From Octopus bimaculoides (lineage: Eukaryota): 64,000 nucleotides of DNA. Positions 28,108 to 40,817 of the stretch are shown piece by piece; the stretch's first letter is position 1, and each line of letters begins with the position of its first letter. The stretch is from positions 54,171,109 to 54,235,108 of the forward strand of contig NC_068990.1 in NCBI RefSeq assembly GCF_001194135.2. The letters run 5' to 3'. Below the pieces are notes generated by a model. That model had not been told where the DNA came from. It made no database searches and saw only the letters and a program-made list of their open reading frames with translations. A program made the translations under genes and the position numbers.

Positions 28108-30460
28108 TATGCATGTGAATTATTATCAGGTAAATAAATAGCTGAAGACATTCCTAAGATTCAGTCTTTGGCGACGTAACTACAACAATATCGGTACTTA
28201 TACGAAAATTCTCATTCTTACAAAGACAGAATTAAAAAAAGTTGTACTGCAACTTTCAGAGAGTATACGTGTGTGCGTATATCACATATAGCTACAGAAA
28301 CATTTGAATTAACAAAGAAGCCTATACGCGATAGTTTGATCTGCTTGAAATAACAGCTAAATCAACCCAACCCGATGATTCTTCTTCATTATTATGGTTG
28401 TAAACCAAAACTAAATAAATAAAATTTTAAAAAAAACACAGAAACCATAAAAACGGAATAGAATCATGAACATGATTAAATTTTCTAAAGAAATATACCA
28501 ATATGTCACTAATGCAGCATTTAATCGTATGTCGTCTTAACTATATAAAATAGGTACAGAAATTAAACAAAATCAATATATATTAACTTTGTTTAATACT
28601 AGTCCCTCCTCCACCAGATCGTTCTTGTATAGGCGAAGGAAGGGACAAGACATTTTGCCTGCAACTCTCAACAACAACAACAGCATCTAAAGTATTGCAA
28701 TTATACAGAAACTTTAGTCTTGTAATTTCCCGAAGTTCCGTCTACGAAATTTAGTTTCCCTGAGTTCCGTCTAATGTATTTAGTTTGGTAATGAAATTAG
28801 ATCCTGGTGACACTATTCCACATTTTCACCACATTATTTCATTAAATAATCTAATTCCATTTTTCTGAGAAATGTTTACTGTCTTTTGTACTAAATGTTT
28901 TTAAAAACGGGAGGGGTGTAGACATTCTAGGAATGATACCCCCATCTAATTTTTTCCAGACATGTAGAATCTCATTATTTTGTAGGCTTTTTGTTAAGGC
29001 AATGGGAGCATCATCTGACGGGCATTTGGCTGCTATTACTAGCAATCCAGCGACATGGACGCTCAAGTCTGCCCCGAACGAGCAGACCTTATAATGAAAG
29101 CACTCCAGCTGTGAGTATCCTGCCTTTTTTCCTAAGTGCAGGAACCCAGGACTACACTAATCAACGTATCCTCCTGTGGTAATGTGTCTTCAGAGATTTG
29201 GCTTCTATTTCCAGCATAACAAACGAACACGTACAGGTTGCCTTATTGGCACATTTGAGGCTCCTGGAGCTTTGTTGGTCAAGATCTTCATCCGGGAACT
29301 AAAAAAAAAATCAACCAGCCTGGTGGGTGTTAACAAGTGTGTGAAAAACGAATATGAAAAAAATAAAATGAGCGCTGACGACCCTGGGGTGGGGAGGGGG
29401 CTTTCGGAAAATTCACAAGATCCGATTTTTCCGTCATAACTTCGGCTACAATGGATATATATTGATTTTTTTTTTACAGAATCCTACGTTTTTGGTTATG
29501 GAGGATCCGATTCTGAAAAAAAATTCAAANNNNNNNNNNNNNNNNNNNNNNNNNNNNNNNNNNNNNNNNNNNNNNNNNNNNNNNNNNNNNNNNNNNNNNN
29601 NNNNNNNNNNNNNNNNNNNNNNNNNNNNNNNNNNNNNNNNNNNNNNNNNNNNNNNNNNNNNNNNNNNNNNNNNNNNNNNNNNNNNNNNNNNNNNNNNNNN
29701 NNNNNNNNNNNNNNNNNNNNNNNNNNNNNNNNNNNNNNNNNNNNNNNNNNNNNNNNNNNNNNNNNNNNNNNNNNNNNNNNNNNNNNNNNNNNNNNNNNNN
29801 NNNNNNNNNNNNNNNNNNNNNNNNNNNNNNNNNNNNNNNNNNNNNNNNNNNNNNNNNNNNNNNNNNNNNNNNNNNNNNNNNNNNNNNNNNNNNNNNNNNN
29901 NNNNNNNNNNNNNNNNNNNNNNNNNNNNNNNNNNNNNNNNNNNNNNNNNNNNNNNNNNNNNNNNNNNNNNNNNNNNNNNNNNNNNNNNNNNNNNNNNNNN
30001 NNNNNNNNNNNNNNNNNNNNNNNNNNNNNNNNNNNNNNNNNNNNNNNNNNNNNNNNNNNNNNNNNNNNNNNNNNNNNNNNNNNNNNNNNNNNNNNNNNNN
30101 NNNNNNNNNNNNNNNNNNNNNNNNNNNNNNNNNNNNNNNNNNNNNNNNNNNNNNTTAATGGATACATCTTAGTAATAGAAGTACTAGATTCCCTGTTTGT
30201 GGTAGACGGAAATAAATGGGGTGGTCACGACGGGGCTACTAAAATAGTGATGATTAGAGATAGAGATAAGAAAAAGTCCTTGCTGAATAAAGTAAAAATA
30301 GAAGAGAAAGACAGTTTGCAGGAGCGAAGGAGAGGAGATCAACAAGTATAATAATTGACTATAAGTATGAGATATATGAATTATGTGTAGCTATGTGCGA
30401 GTGCGCGGACAAATGTACTTAAGTTTCTTATGTTGTAGCATATGTGAAGAAGGGATGAAT

Positions 30461-30502
<42 letters not shown>

Positions 30503-30517
30503 GAGTTGCTGGTTATT

Positions 30518-30531
30518 AGTTTCAGTTTCAC
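30518..30531 (+). promoter_or_regulatory. ISRE-consensus motif AGTTTCAGTTTCAC
   Basis: Matches AGTTTCNNTTTCNY; minus strand GTGAAACTGAAACT. Function inferred. Confidence 0.55.
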
Positions 30532-30586
30532 TAAAACAACCAGTCAGCCAGAAAAGCAGGCAGACGGTAGACAGGGGAAATAAGAG

Positions 30587-30601
30587 AAGTGAAAGCGAAA
30601 C
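30587..30601 (+). promoter_or_regulatory. IRF-E/ISRE motif AAGTGAAAGCGAAAC
   Basis: Matches the IRF1/2 consensus GAAA(G/C)(T/C)GAAA(G/C) with an extra AAGT repeat in front. Function inferred. Confidence 0.55.
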
Positions 30602-30611
30602 ACAACAAGAC

Positions 30612-30644
30612 AACTGACAAAAAGAGACAAAATTTAGTTTTATA
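30612..30644 (-). promoter_or_regulatory. TATA box plus Initiator core promoter, predicted TSS 30615, candidate IRF gene promoter
   Basis: Minus-strand TATAAAA (30644-30638) with its first T 29 nt upstream of the A of TCAGTT (30617-30612); CpG-retaining context; same strand as, and upstream of, the IRF exon. Confidence 0.55.
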
Positions 30645-33600
30645 AAGTGGTAGGACTGGTACGAGCAATAAACATTCCAGAGAGACGACGATGATATAGG
30701 AGGGTGAGTGGTGTTGACTTTGTAAAATGAATGTAAATACATTCGTCTGTCTCATTCTCAGCAAACACTACAAGGGAACTAGTGGCAAACTGGTTGCAGT
30801 CGGAGTTGGCAAACAAAACTCTAAATCAAAGTTTATAAAATGTCACAAGTATTGCCGTGAAAACATTCTAACGTTTCGAGTATCTGAAACGTTAAGGGTT
30901 CGTTTTATTTCCTAAAATGGTACTAAAACAACATCGACACAGACGGAGACCCCCCCCCCAAAAAAAAAACATGATCCCGTTTAATAATTTCCTTAGTCGC
31001 TCTCATCCAACAACACCCATACATCTCAAGGAGAAAATCCCCTACAAATATTCCCAAAGAAACTTTACATTCATTAAAGCATCACAAAGACTGGAATTTT
31101 TCTCACTTGAGTCCCACATTAGCTTAGGTCTGAAGATACGACCTACATTCCCATCTGTTGTATCCATCACCAGTAGTCCTCCCTGTCTCTAACTTCTGGC
31201 CTATCATTTATAACAAAATCTCTGGTCTTTTTATACAGCCACAGAATGACCTTTCATCTTTGAAAACCTCTACTCACCAAATTATATATGATGCTCTACC
31301 GATAGTGACAACCAGGAAATATTAATGTGCTCGCTCCACCTGCTAAAATTACAAACCAAATCTAACGCAATTAGATGTAGTCGTTCCTACATCTACTATG
31401 CCTGAAAATAAGATGAGATGGTCACGGCTGTAACGCCCATGGTTTACCCAAACCCGCCTAATGTCACTCAGTTAACACAATAGTCCAGATTGGGAGGGTT
31501 TCTTAAGATTAGAAGCACGCACGGCCTTCACTTTGTCAGACGAGTGAGGAGAAATGGTGGAATAGTTTTAAAAATAACGAAGTCATAAGAAACTAGTTTT
31601 GGTGGAGAAAAGTTAAAAATGAAGCGTGAGAAGGGAAAGGAGAATAAAACAAAACAGCCAGGAGATAAAAGATTTTTAAAGATAAAATCTAATTATAAAG
31701 AAACTAGAAAAGTTAGTTTGGGGCAGGAGATAAGAGAAAAGAAAAAGAACAAGAGAGAGGAAAAAGAAACAAGGGAAAGGATAGAGGGGAAGAGAGGATA
31801 AGTAAAAGAGAGGAAAGAGAAAGTACAGAAAAAACGAGAGTGGGAGGAAAAGGAAAGAGAAAGTAGAGCGAAAGAAAAGTTGTGGAAAAGTTAATGTGGG
31901 GAATGGGAGAAGGACATAAAATAAATAAAAAGTTTTACACTGAAATGCAAATAATTGTATCGGAATTTCAACACACTATTTTCATATAATTTGATAAAGA
32001 TAAGTCATTATACAAGAAACATAAGAAAAACCAAATTTATTTGGATATATCGTCTTAGGAGAGAGACTAATGGCGCAATGAAAAAATACCCTTCTTCGTC
32101 CGAGTTCATTAATAGAGCTTATTAAAAGAGAAAAATATCCACATACAACTAGTTTTGTCTCTTTATTCGCCAAGGTGGTAGTGGCTTTCATCACATTCCA
32201 CTTGGGTTAGCAGAGTAGAAGCAAAAAAGAAAGAGGATGAATAACAAAATAGAAATACTATCGTCCTTACAAGTTCAAGAGTGGGGGGGGGGTATAGAGA
32301 AAGAAATATTAACGAGAGATGAAAGATAAAGAGGAGGATTCAAATATACAGTGCGAGTGCGTATGTGTATGTATAAACACACACATTATAAGATATAGAG
32401 TAAACAGATGAGACGTAGGGAGAGAGAAAGTTGAACAGTTGAGGGTGGCAATATGTATAACCCAAATCTAGTTTTTGTTGCTTGTTTTTAAGTTTCTTTC
32501 ATTAGAGTAAACAACTCAATGAACAATTTACGTTTTATGACTGACAGGCCACAACACCAACCACACTTATAAATGAAACACACACAAACGTGTGTGTGTG
32601 TAGTATTAGACAGAGGAAACTGGTAGTGATATCTACGTCAGCAAAATTTTTCAACTTTTAGTGGGGAAAATTTGTAAATTTGGAATGATTCACGCCGTAG
32701 TTTTTTTTTAAGTTTGTGAAGTTTTCTAAATTGATAAAACGAAGCATTTTAATAAGGCGGTGGTGGTGTTAGTATTTGTATGAGAAAGATCACAACGTAC
32801 TTAACAGAGAAACTCGGAGTATTAGTTCGGTCGGGGGCTGTGGTAGAAGACACTTGCCCAAGGTGCCACGCAATAGGACTGAACCCGAACCATGTGATTG
32901 AGAAACAAACTTCTTAGCATACAACTATACCCGAGCCTATAGCGACATGTATCTCCACTTCAATAACTATGGAGTGAAGGATATTTGAGAAGACTGAGCA
33001 AAAAAAATCAACACTGATCTGTGACAAATGGAAAATTATCGAGTCAAATATGTTGTGAAGGGGGGGGGGTTGCAAACATATACACACAACTTTTGTAGTT
33101 TTATAGAGGAAGGGGTGTGTTGTGATAGTTATACCGTTCGAAAAGATATAAACGGTATACTTTAATATACAAGTCTTATTAAAGGAGGTCGTAAAGCAAT
33201 TAATTAGATCTACATGTTTATTATCGTCCTGGTAGCTAGCACCAACAGAAAGAAAAAGGACAGCAACAGCCAAGTAGGGAAGTAACAAGTGAACTTGTCA
33301 TTCAGGGCTCCTCACCTTCTATCATTTTCCCTTTAAAACTCGAGCAACAAGGAGACTTCTTCGTGGTCGCTCGACATGCTAGAAATAGTAGCCTAATAGC
33401 CCTCATATCACATTTTACTGCCTTAAATAAGTAAAGAACACATCATAGTGTAATCAACATACTCTGAAGATGAGATGGTCATGTACCAAAGGAGGTCTAC
33501 TCGATCAAGACTGACCTGGGGCTAAACAACTTTGATGAACGAACTTCGACAATAGCGAACTAAACATTTCAAGGACATTATCATCATCATAACGACCGTA

Positions 33601-34489
33601 ATAAAGACGATCTCTTTAAAAACATAAAAATATTTTCTAAACGCCTTCGCCCCTCTAAGTAAAATTATCGATCTAATCTAATTGTATCCCTTCCACTAAC
33701 TAATCAAAACTCTCTTTGATAGTTTTATTTACCTCAATATGATACACTGCCAAACTAATTCACTCCTCAAGTGTATGGTTAAATATCCACACCCTACGTT
33801 TTCCTTCGCAGTCCCATGTCTCATGGGATACTGTTTCATACAACTGAATGTAATTTTAAAATATTTTTTCACCTTTAATTTCAACTTTTCTCCCTGCACC
33901 TTTCTCATGAAGTATTTAACTTCGAAGGCCAGCTACACCAAAACTCGGTTTTCATTTATCGTTCAGCTGTATAGTCTTCCTAAGATCTTATTCTAAGAAC
34001 ATCATTCTTCTAACACTCGTCTCAAAAAGCTCGATATAATTTTCTAAAATTTATTACTCTTAAAACAGAACAAATATATTTAATTGCAGTGTGTTTTCTT
34101 AATGCGAAAAATACTTTGACAGAGATCTTAGGTAGAACTTCCACAACAGGTCAAATAATGAAAAGAGGCTGGGGGAATATAAAAAGAAAAAACTGGTAGG
34201 AAATATAGCAGAATAGTTAGTAATAAAGATTTTTTATATATTAGCACAAGTCTACAAATTTGTGGAAGGACACTGAATAAACCTGAATGTATTAAATATG
34301 AATAGAAAAATGTTATGTTCAACAGCAAATAAGGGAGAGTAATTTCACTTTTAGGGAGGGTACTAAAAACGAGAATAATATCCCAAACAATAAAAATTAT
34401 GTCCATAAGTTTTATTCACTTAAAAACACCACCATATCTATAAAACATACCTACACAAGTGTGCCCCCCCAGCGACTTTGTTTCCTTAT

Positions 34490-34990
34490 AGATTCTTCCG
34501 TTTACATCGGATTTTTTTCTTTTTGAGAATATGTTTTATATATGGCTGGGAAGTGTAGTTTCGGAAAATTCACACGAATTGGATTTGCTTCCTCATAAAT
34601 TTCAGAATAATGGTTATTTTTTAATGAAATTTTCTACAAATACCTTTCAGTATGAGTAGATTACCATTATATCGGAATTGAAAAAAAAAAGGTAGGCTCA
34701 CACACATAGATACTAACACAGATCACATATAATACACAAAATGAAACTTAAAGTTTCTAAGAAAAAAATTGTGATGTGTGTCAGTATGTATGTTCGCGTG
34801 CTCACCATTTTTCTTTTCACATTAAATTGCCATACCGTAATTTTACACACTTTGAGAACTTCTCTCACAACCACGGAATAAATTTTTTCACAACGAATAC
34901 AGATATAATTGGAATTTACACCATCTGAAGCATATTTGTAGAAAATTTCATCAAAAATTATCCGATTCTCTGGAAGTGATGAGGAAACAC
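34490..34990. repeat. Pair of inverted ~130-bp modules of an unclassified repeat family
   Basis: aaattttctacaaatacctttcag...ggaatt on + (34620-34700) and its reverse complement (34740-34960); same modules at ~57065-57180 and 57720-57840. Confidence 0.6.
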
Positions 34991-35016
34991 TCGTGTATGT
35001 ATGCCATATACATACA

Positions 35017-35082
<66 letters not shown>

Positions 35083-36069
35083 ATTAACCAGAGAACCATA
35101 TATAGTTGTATAGCGTACCCTAACACCATCTTAGCGCTATTCATATACAAAATATAATGAAACTAAATGTTTGCTTGCAGTTGTTTTACTTTCTGTTTCA
35201 CCAACTATTTGCCATACAATCATGGTCGATTACAATAAAGTTGTTAAAACTTTCTGAAACAAAGATAATGGAGGTGGGGGAAACGTACATTCATTCACAC
35301 ACTGAACACACACACATATATAATCACAAGCTCTACACACTGTCAACTTGTACCTATTAATATTCTAAAGAAATACTTTTCATGATTCACATTAAGAACA
35401 TTTTACACGCTAACTTGCTGGATAACTTTATTTCAAGCAAGACACGTTAAGACAACTTTCACAAAGTGTACACACGTACACTGAAAACTGTAGATCACAA
35501 CTATGTCTATGATATANNNNNNNNNNNNNNNNNNNNNNNNNNNNNNNNNNNNNNNNNNNNNNNNNNNNNNNNNNNNNNNNNNNNNNNNNNNNNNNNNNNN
35601 NNNNNNNNNNNNNNNNTAACAGGTGTATATGGTAATTACCTGGTGTATATAGTAACTAGATGTATATATTAAGTTGTTTAAAAAATGCTGTCTAATTTTT
35701 AGAAAACATTTTTCAAATTCGACTTAACATGTTATTTTTGTAGTGTTTGAGACAAAATTTTACATGCTTAATAATCGATGTGTACTCTTTAATAAACTTT
35801 TGTGGATTTCTTTCAGAATATCATTTTGAAGTATAGAAATCCTTAATTTCAAACATGGTAAAAGAAGAAATGCATTCACTTTTTTTTGCATGAATTCAAG
35901 CTTGGACATAATGCTTCCCAAACAGCCACCTCAACAGAGCATGGGGTGAATTGTCTACTAGTGATCAGAGGGTAAAACAGCGATTTCAGAGATTCTGTTG
36001 TGGGAATGAGTGCCTTGAAGATCAAGAAGGTAGAGGACATCCATCCAACTTTGATGAAAACAATATTAA

Positions 36070-36375
36070 CAGTAACTAGCAGGTGCATATGGTAACTAGC
36101 ATTTGTATATGGTGACTAGCTGGTGTATGAAGTAACTAGATGTATATAGTAAACTAGCTGTGTATATAGTAATTAGCAGGTGCACATGGTAACCAACAAG
36201 TGTATATAATGATGCGCAGTTGTTTATGGTAACTAGCAGGCATATATAGTAACTAGTAGGTGTTTATAGTAACTAGCTGGGGTATATGTTAATTAGTTGG
36301 TGTATATAGTAACTAGCAGGTACATATGGTCACTAGTTGATGTATATAACAACTAGCAGGTGTATATGGTAACTT
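36070..36375. repeat. ~20-bp minisatellite (gtaactagcaggtgtatatg)n
   Basis: About 15 diverged tandem units; a few more at 35616-35670. Confidence 0.9.
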
Positions 36376-36819
36376 GTGATGATCCTTTCCTACCCTTGCA
36401 AAGAAATTCCCTAATAACAAGAGTTTGTCCCTCGGCGGCATTACTATCCTGCCACTCTTGCCTTCACCTACTCTCTTCTGCAGACATGGGAGTATGATGT
36501 AGCCCTTGGAACCTTCAGATTTGTCAAATTGTCCAACCCATGCCAGTATGGAAAGCAGACATTAAATGATGATATGTTGGGTGGGAGACTTGGGGGAGAT
36601 AGAGATAGATGTACAGTGATAGAGATAGATGTCAGATGTACATTGGGGTAGCTGTAGTGAGTGGGGGACAAAGGTTGTAAGGAATTTGTCAATGGCAGAT
36701 ATGCTAGAATGATGAGAATGATAGCAGATAAGACAGAAGTGTTAAAGATAAGGTAATGGCAGTCTTAAGATGTTGCTCAGAGGTGGCGTGAAGATAAACA
36801 GGGTACAAACAAAGGAGTT

Positions 36820-39000
36820 ACCATCATCATCATCGTTTAACATCCGTTTGCCATGCTGGTATGGGTTGGATGGTTCAACTGGGGTCTGGGAAGCCAGAAG
36901 GCTACACCAGGCTCCAGTCTGATCTGGCAGTGTTTCTACAGCTGGATGCCCTTCCTAACGCCAACCTATCCAAGAGTGTAGTGGGTGCTTTTTACATGCC
37001 ACCAGCACAGGAGCCAGAAGGGGCTGGCAACAACCACAATCAGTTGGTGCATTTTATGTGCCACCAGCATGGAAGCCAGTCAAGGCAGCACTGGCATCGG
37101 CCATGTTCGGATGCTGCTTTTTATGTGCCACCAGCATGGGTATCACAACTACAATTTCCATTTGATTTTGGTTTTGATGTACTTGACTCAATAGGTCTCT
37201 TCAAGCATGGCATGTCACCCTACAAGCCAAGGTACTTTTGAGTGGGCTGGTTATGCAACACTGGTTACAGCTGTGAACTCACTTTATTTGCCGGGTCTTC
37301 TCAGTCACAGCATATCTCCAGAGGTCTCGGTCTTTTGTCATTGCCTCTGTGAGGCCCAACGTTTGAAGGTCATGTTTCACTGCCATGTTTCACTGCCGTG
37401 AAGCATGGCAGTTCGCACACATGCATCGTAAATCTACTTTTGACTCTGAGTGAGAGGCCCTTTGTCACCAGTAGGGGTGGGAGCTTTCTGAACTTTGCCC
37501 AGGGTATTCCTATTCTAGTGGTAACACTTTCTGAGCATCCACTCCCAAAGCAGACTTGGTAACCTAGGTAGCGGAAGCTATCAACTACTTCTAGTTTCTC
37601 TCCCTGGCATGTGATGGAATCTGTTTTCTGAGCATCTGTGGAGTTTATTGCCTCTGTGCATCTGCTGCACACGAAAGCTATCTTCCTGGTTAATCTTCCA
37701 TTGATGTTGCTGCACCTCTTATGTGTCCATAGCTTACACCGGGTACATTTTATGGAGTTTCTACCAACACCTTTTCTACAGATCGAACAGGGCTACCTAC
37801 CTGAAGGGGTGTGTGATGTGTTTGCCTGCCTACTTACAAGAACTTTGGTCTTTGCAAAATTGACTCTAAGGCCCTTTGAATCCTTGCTTCTACACCTGAA
37901 ATTTCTAGTTCTAGTAGTGATTCTGTTGAGGGCCAGGTCATCAGCATAGAGGAGCTCTCAGGGGCAATCTGTCTTGAATTCCTGTTATTGCCTGGAGGAC
38001 TATAATGAATAAGAGGGGGCTGAGGGCTGATCCTTGGTGGACCCCTACTTCTACCTGGAATTCTTCACTATACTCATTGCCAACCCTAACTTTACTAATG
38101 GCATCTCTGTATAGGGCCTGTATAGCCCTTGTTAACCATTCGTCAATCCCTAGTTTCCACATCACCCACCAGATAATGGATCAGGGAACCCTATTAAAGG
38201 CTTTCTCCAAGTCCACAAAAGCCAAGTATAGGGGTTTATCTTTGGCTAGGTATTTCTCCTGCAGTTGCCGTACAAGGAATATAGCAACAGTAGGGCTTCT
38301 ACCTGGCACAAAACCTAACTGCATCTCATCTAAGCAGACTCTCTCCCTAATTATTTGGGCTATGACCCTCTCCATGACCTTCATCGCCTGATCCAGCAGT
38401 TTGATACCCTGTAGAAATATTTCTATCTAAAGCATCACCTTTACCCTTGTAGCAGTTGACTATGGTGCTGCTACGCCAGTCATTGGGTATGACTCTATCA
38501 TGAACTACCTGGTTTACAATATGGGTGACTAGGCCATAGCCCACACCACCAGTTGTTTTAAGCATCTCAGCAGTGATTCCTGATAGGCCGGGGGCCTTTC
38601 CTGGCTTCATACCCTTAATTGCTTTATCTACCAGGGTGCTATCTATTTGGATTGCTGGTCCCTCTACTGGGTCAATATTTGGCAGGCTCTTTTCCTCCCA
38701 ATCATTCTCCACATTCAGCAGTCTTTCATAATGACTTCTCCAGGCCTCTTTCTTTTCTAAATCATTAAAAGCAAGTGCACCATCATCCATGCAGACATAT
38801 TTCTCTCCTGTGACACCACAATTTTCTCTCATACACTGTCTTGCAATCCAAAATACTTCAGTTCTTTGGTCCTCATGTTGCTAGACATTGGCAAACTTCT
38901 CTTCTGCTTCGCTCTTGGCTATGTATACCTGTCGCCCAGCCTCCCTTCTGGCTATCTGGTATAGTTCCCTGCTACCCCCACCCTTCCAGGCTTTCCAGGC
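36820..39000 (-). mobile_element. RTE-clade LINE, 5'-truncated, RT region plus 3' UTR
   Basis: GKAPGLSGITAEML, YKGKGDALDRN, LAFVDLEKAFNRVP, GVHQGSALSPLLF, EVVDSFRYLG; multiple frameshifts; (GAT)n tail at ~36823. Confidence 0.93.
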
Positions 39001-39251
39001 CTGCACTCAACAAAATTAAGTACACTCCAAAAGATTATTACTGACAAGCTGATCACCATTTAAAGACTACATCGATATAACAGGGAATGTTAAAACAACA
39101 TTTTAATATTATCAAATCAATTGAACACAGAATGAAAATTGGAAATATTTTTGAAAATTAGGGCAATTAAAGATGCAGTTCTATTTTTAAGAGATGAGGA
39201 ATTATGTACATTATTTACATTAGATGGATATTTGTCCTCATCTTTGTTGTT

Positions 39252-39315
39252 AACACAACGTTTCGGCTGATATACCTTCTAGCCTTCATCATCATCATCA
39301 TCATTATTATTATTA

Positions 39316-39360
<45 letters not shown>

Positions 39361-39473
39361 TCACTGCCTGGAATCGAACTCAGAATCTTGGGGTTAGTAG
39401 CCTGCGCTCTTAACCACTATGCCACAGGCATATGGCGTAGTGGTTAAGAGTGCGGGCTACTAACCCCAAGATT
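39252..39473. mobile_element. Two back-to-back tRNA-headed SINE-like elements; the minus copy carries an (AAT)n/(GAT)n tract and a truncated hammerhead motif
   Basis: tggc(a/g)tagtggttaagag(c/t)gc(a/g)ggctactaaccccaagatt on both strands (ending at 39424 and starting at 39433); B-box gagttcgattcc in the minus copy. Confidence 0.75.
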
Positions 39474-40191
39474 NNNNNNNNNNNNNNNNNNNNNNNNNNN
39501 NNNNNNNNNNNNNNNNNNNNNNNNNNNNNNNNNNNNNNNNNNNNNNNNNNNNNNNNNNNNNNNNNNNNNNNNNNNNNNNNNNNNNNNNNNNNNNNNNNNN
39601 NNNNNNNNNNNNNNNNNNNNNNNNNNNNNNNNNNNNNNNNNNNNNNNNNNNNNNNNNNNNNNNNNNNNNNNNNNNNNNNNNNNNNNNNNNNNNNNNNNNN
39701 NNNNNNNNNNNNNNNNNNNNNNNNNNNNNNNNNNNNNNNNNNNNNNNNNNNNNNNNNNNNNNNNNNNNNNNNNNNNNNNNNNNNNNNNNNNNNNNNNNNN
39801 NNNNNNNNNNNNNNNNNNNNNNNNNNNNNNNNNNNNNNNNNNNNNNNNNNNNNNNNNNNNNNNNNNNNNNNNNNNNNNNNNNNNNNNNNNNNNNNNNNNN
39901 NNNNNNNNNNNNNNNNNNNNNNNNNNNNNNNNNNNNNNNNNNNNNNNNNNNNNNNNNNNNNNNNNNNNNNNNNNNNNNNNNNNNNNNNNNNNNNNNNNNN
40001 NNNNNNNNNNNNNNNNNNNNNNNNNNNNNNNNNNNNNNNNNNNNNNNNNNNNNNNNNNNNNNNNNNNNNNNNNNNNNNNNNNNNNNNNNNNNNNNNNNNN
40101 NNNNNNNNNNNNNNNNNNNNNNNNNNNNNNNNNNNNNNNNNNNNNNNNNNNNNNNNNNNNNNNNNNNNNNNNNNNNNNNNNNNNNNNNNNN

Positions 40192-40248
<57 letters not shown>

Positions 40249-40709
40249 TATAGGTGCAGGCATGGCTTGCTTCTCAACCACATAGTTCAAATTCAGTGCC
40301 ATAGCACTAAAGTGTCCTCTACTTTAGTCCTAGGTCTACCAAAGCCTTGTACATAGATTTGCTTAATGGAAACTGAAAAATGTCCATTATACATATGTAT
40401 GTGTGTGTACCATCATGACAAACAAACATTTAATGATGATGATCATGATGCGTGTGTGTGTGTGTGTAAACATCTGAATGAATTATTTCTCCCTTTAAGT
40501 GATTGTCACACAAAAAAACAATGTCTTAAACTAAAATGTATGGGAACAAATGTAGTTGCATAGTAGTTGACTAATCAGAAAGAAATGAAATAGAGCCAGT
40601 GTGTGTTTTTTATTGGCAAAAATGACCCTCCCAATATACAACATAAACATGTTTCATAAATGTATGTCATGTCTACCAACTGTGGCACCATAGTCCCCCA
40701 ACTGCAAGC

Positions 40710-40755
<46 letters not shown>

Positions 40756-40786
40756 GTCTATCTCTCTCTCTCTCTCTCTCTCTCTG

Positions 40787-40817
<31 letters not shown>

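Noticed and set aside
32914-33288. ORF with a signal-peptide-like start (LLPYLAVAVLFLSVGASY)
   Set aside because: It starts at TTG with an in-frame stop just upstream and no ATG, and it runs into low-complexity and SINE sequence.
39357-39424. tRNA-Ser(ACT)-like gene
   Set aside because: The acceptor stem is incomplete, the anticodon stem is imperfect, and it is attached to a repeat tail; it is a SINE head.
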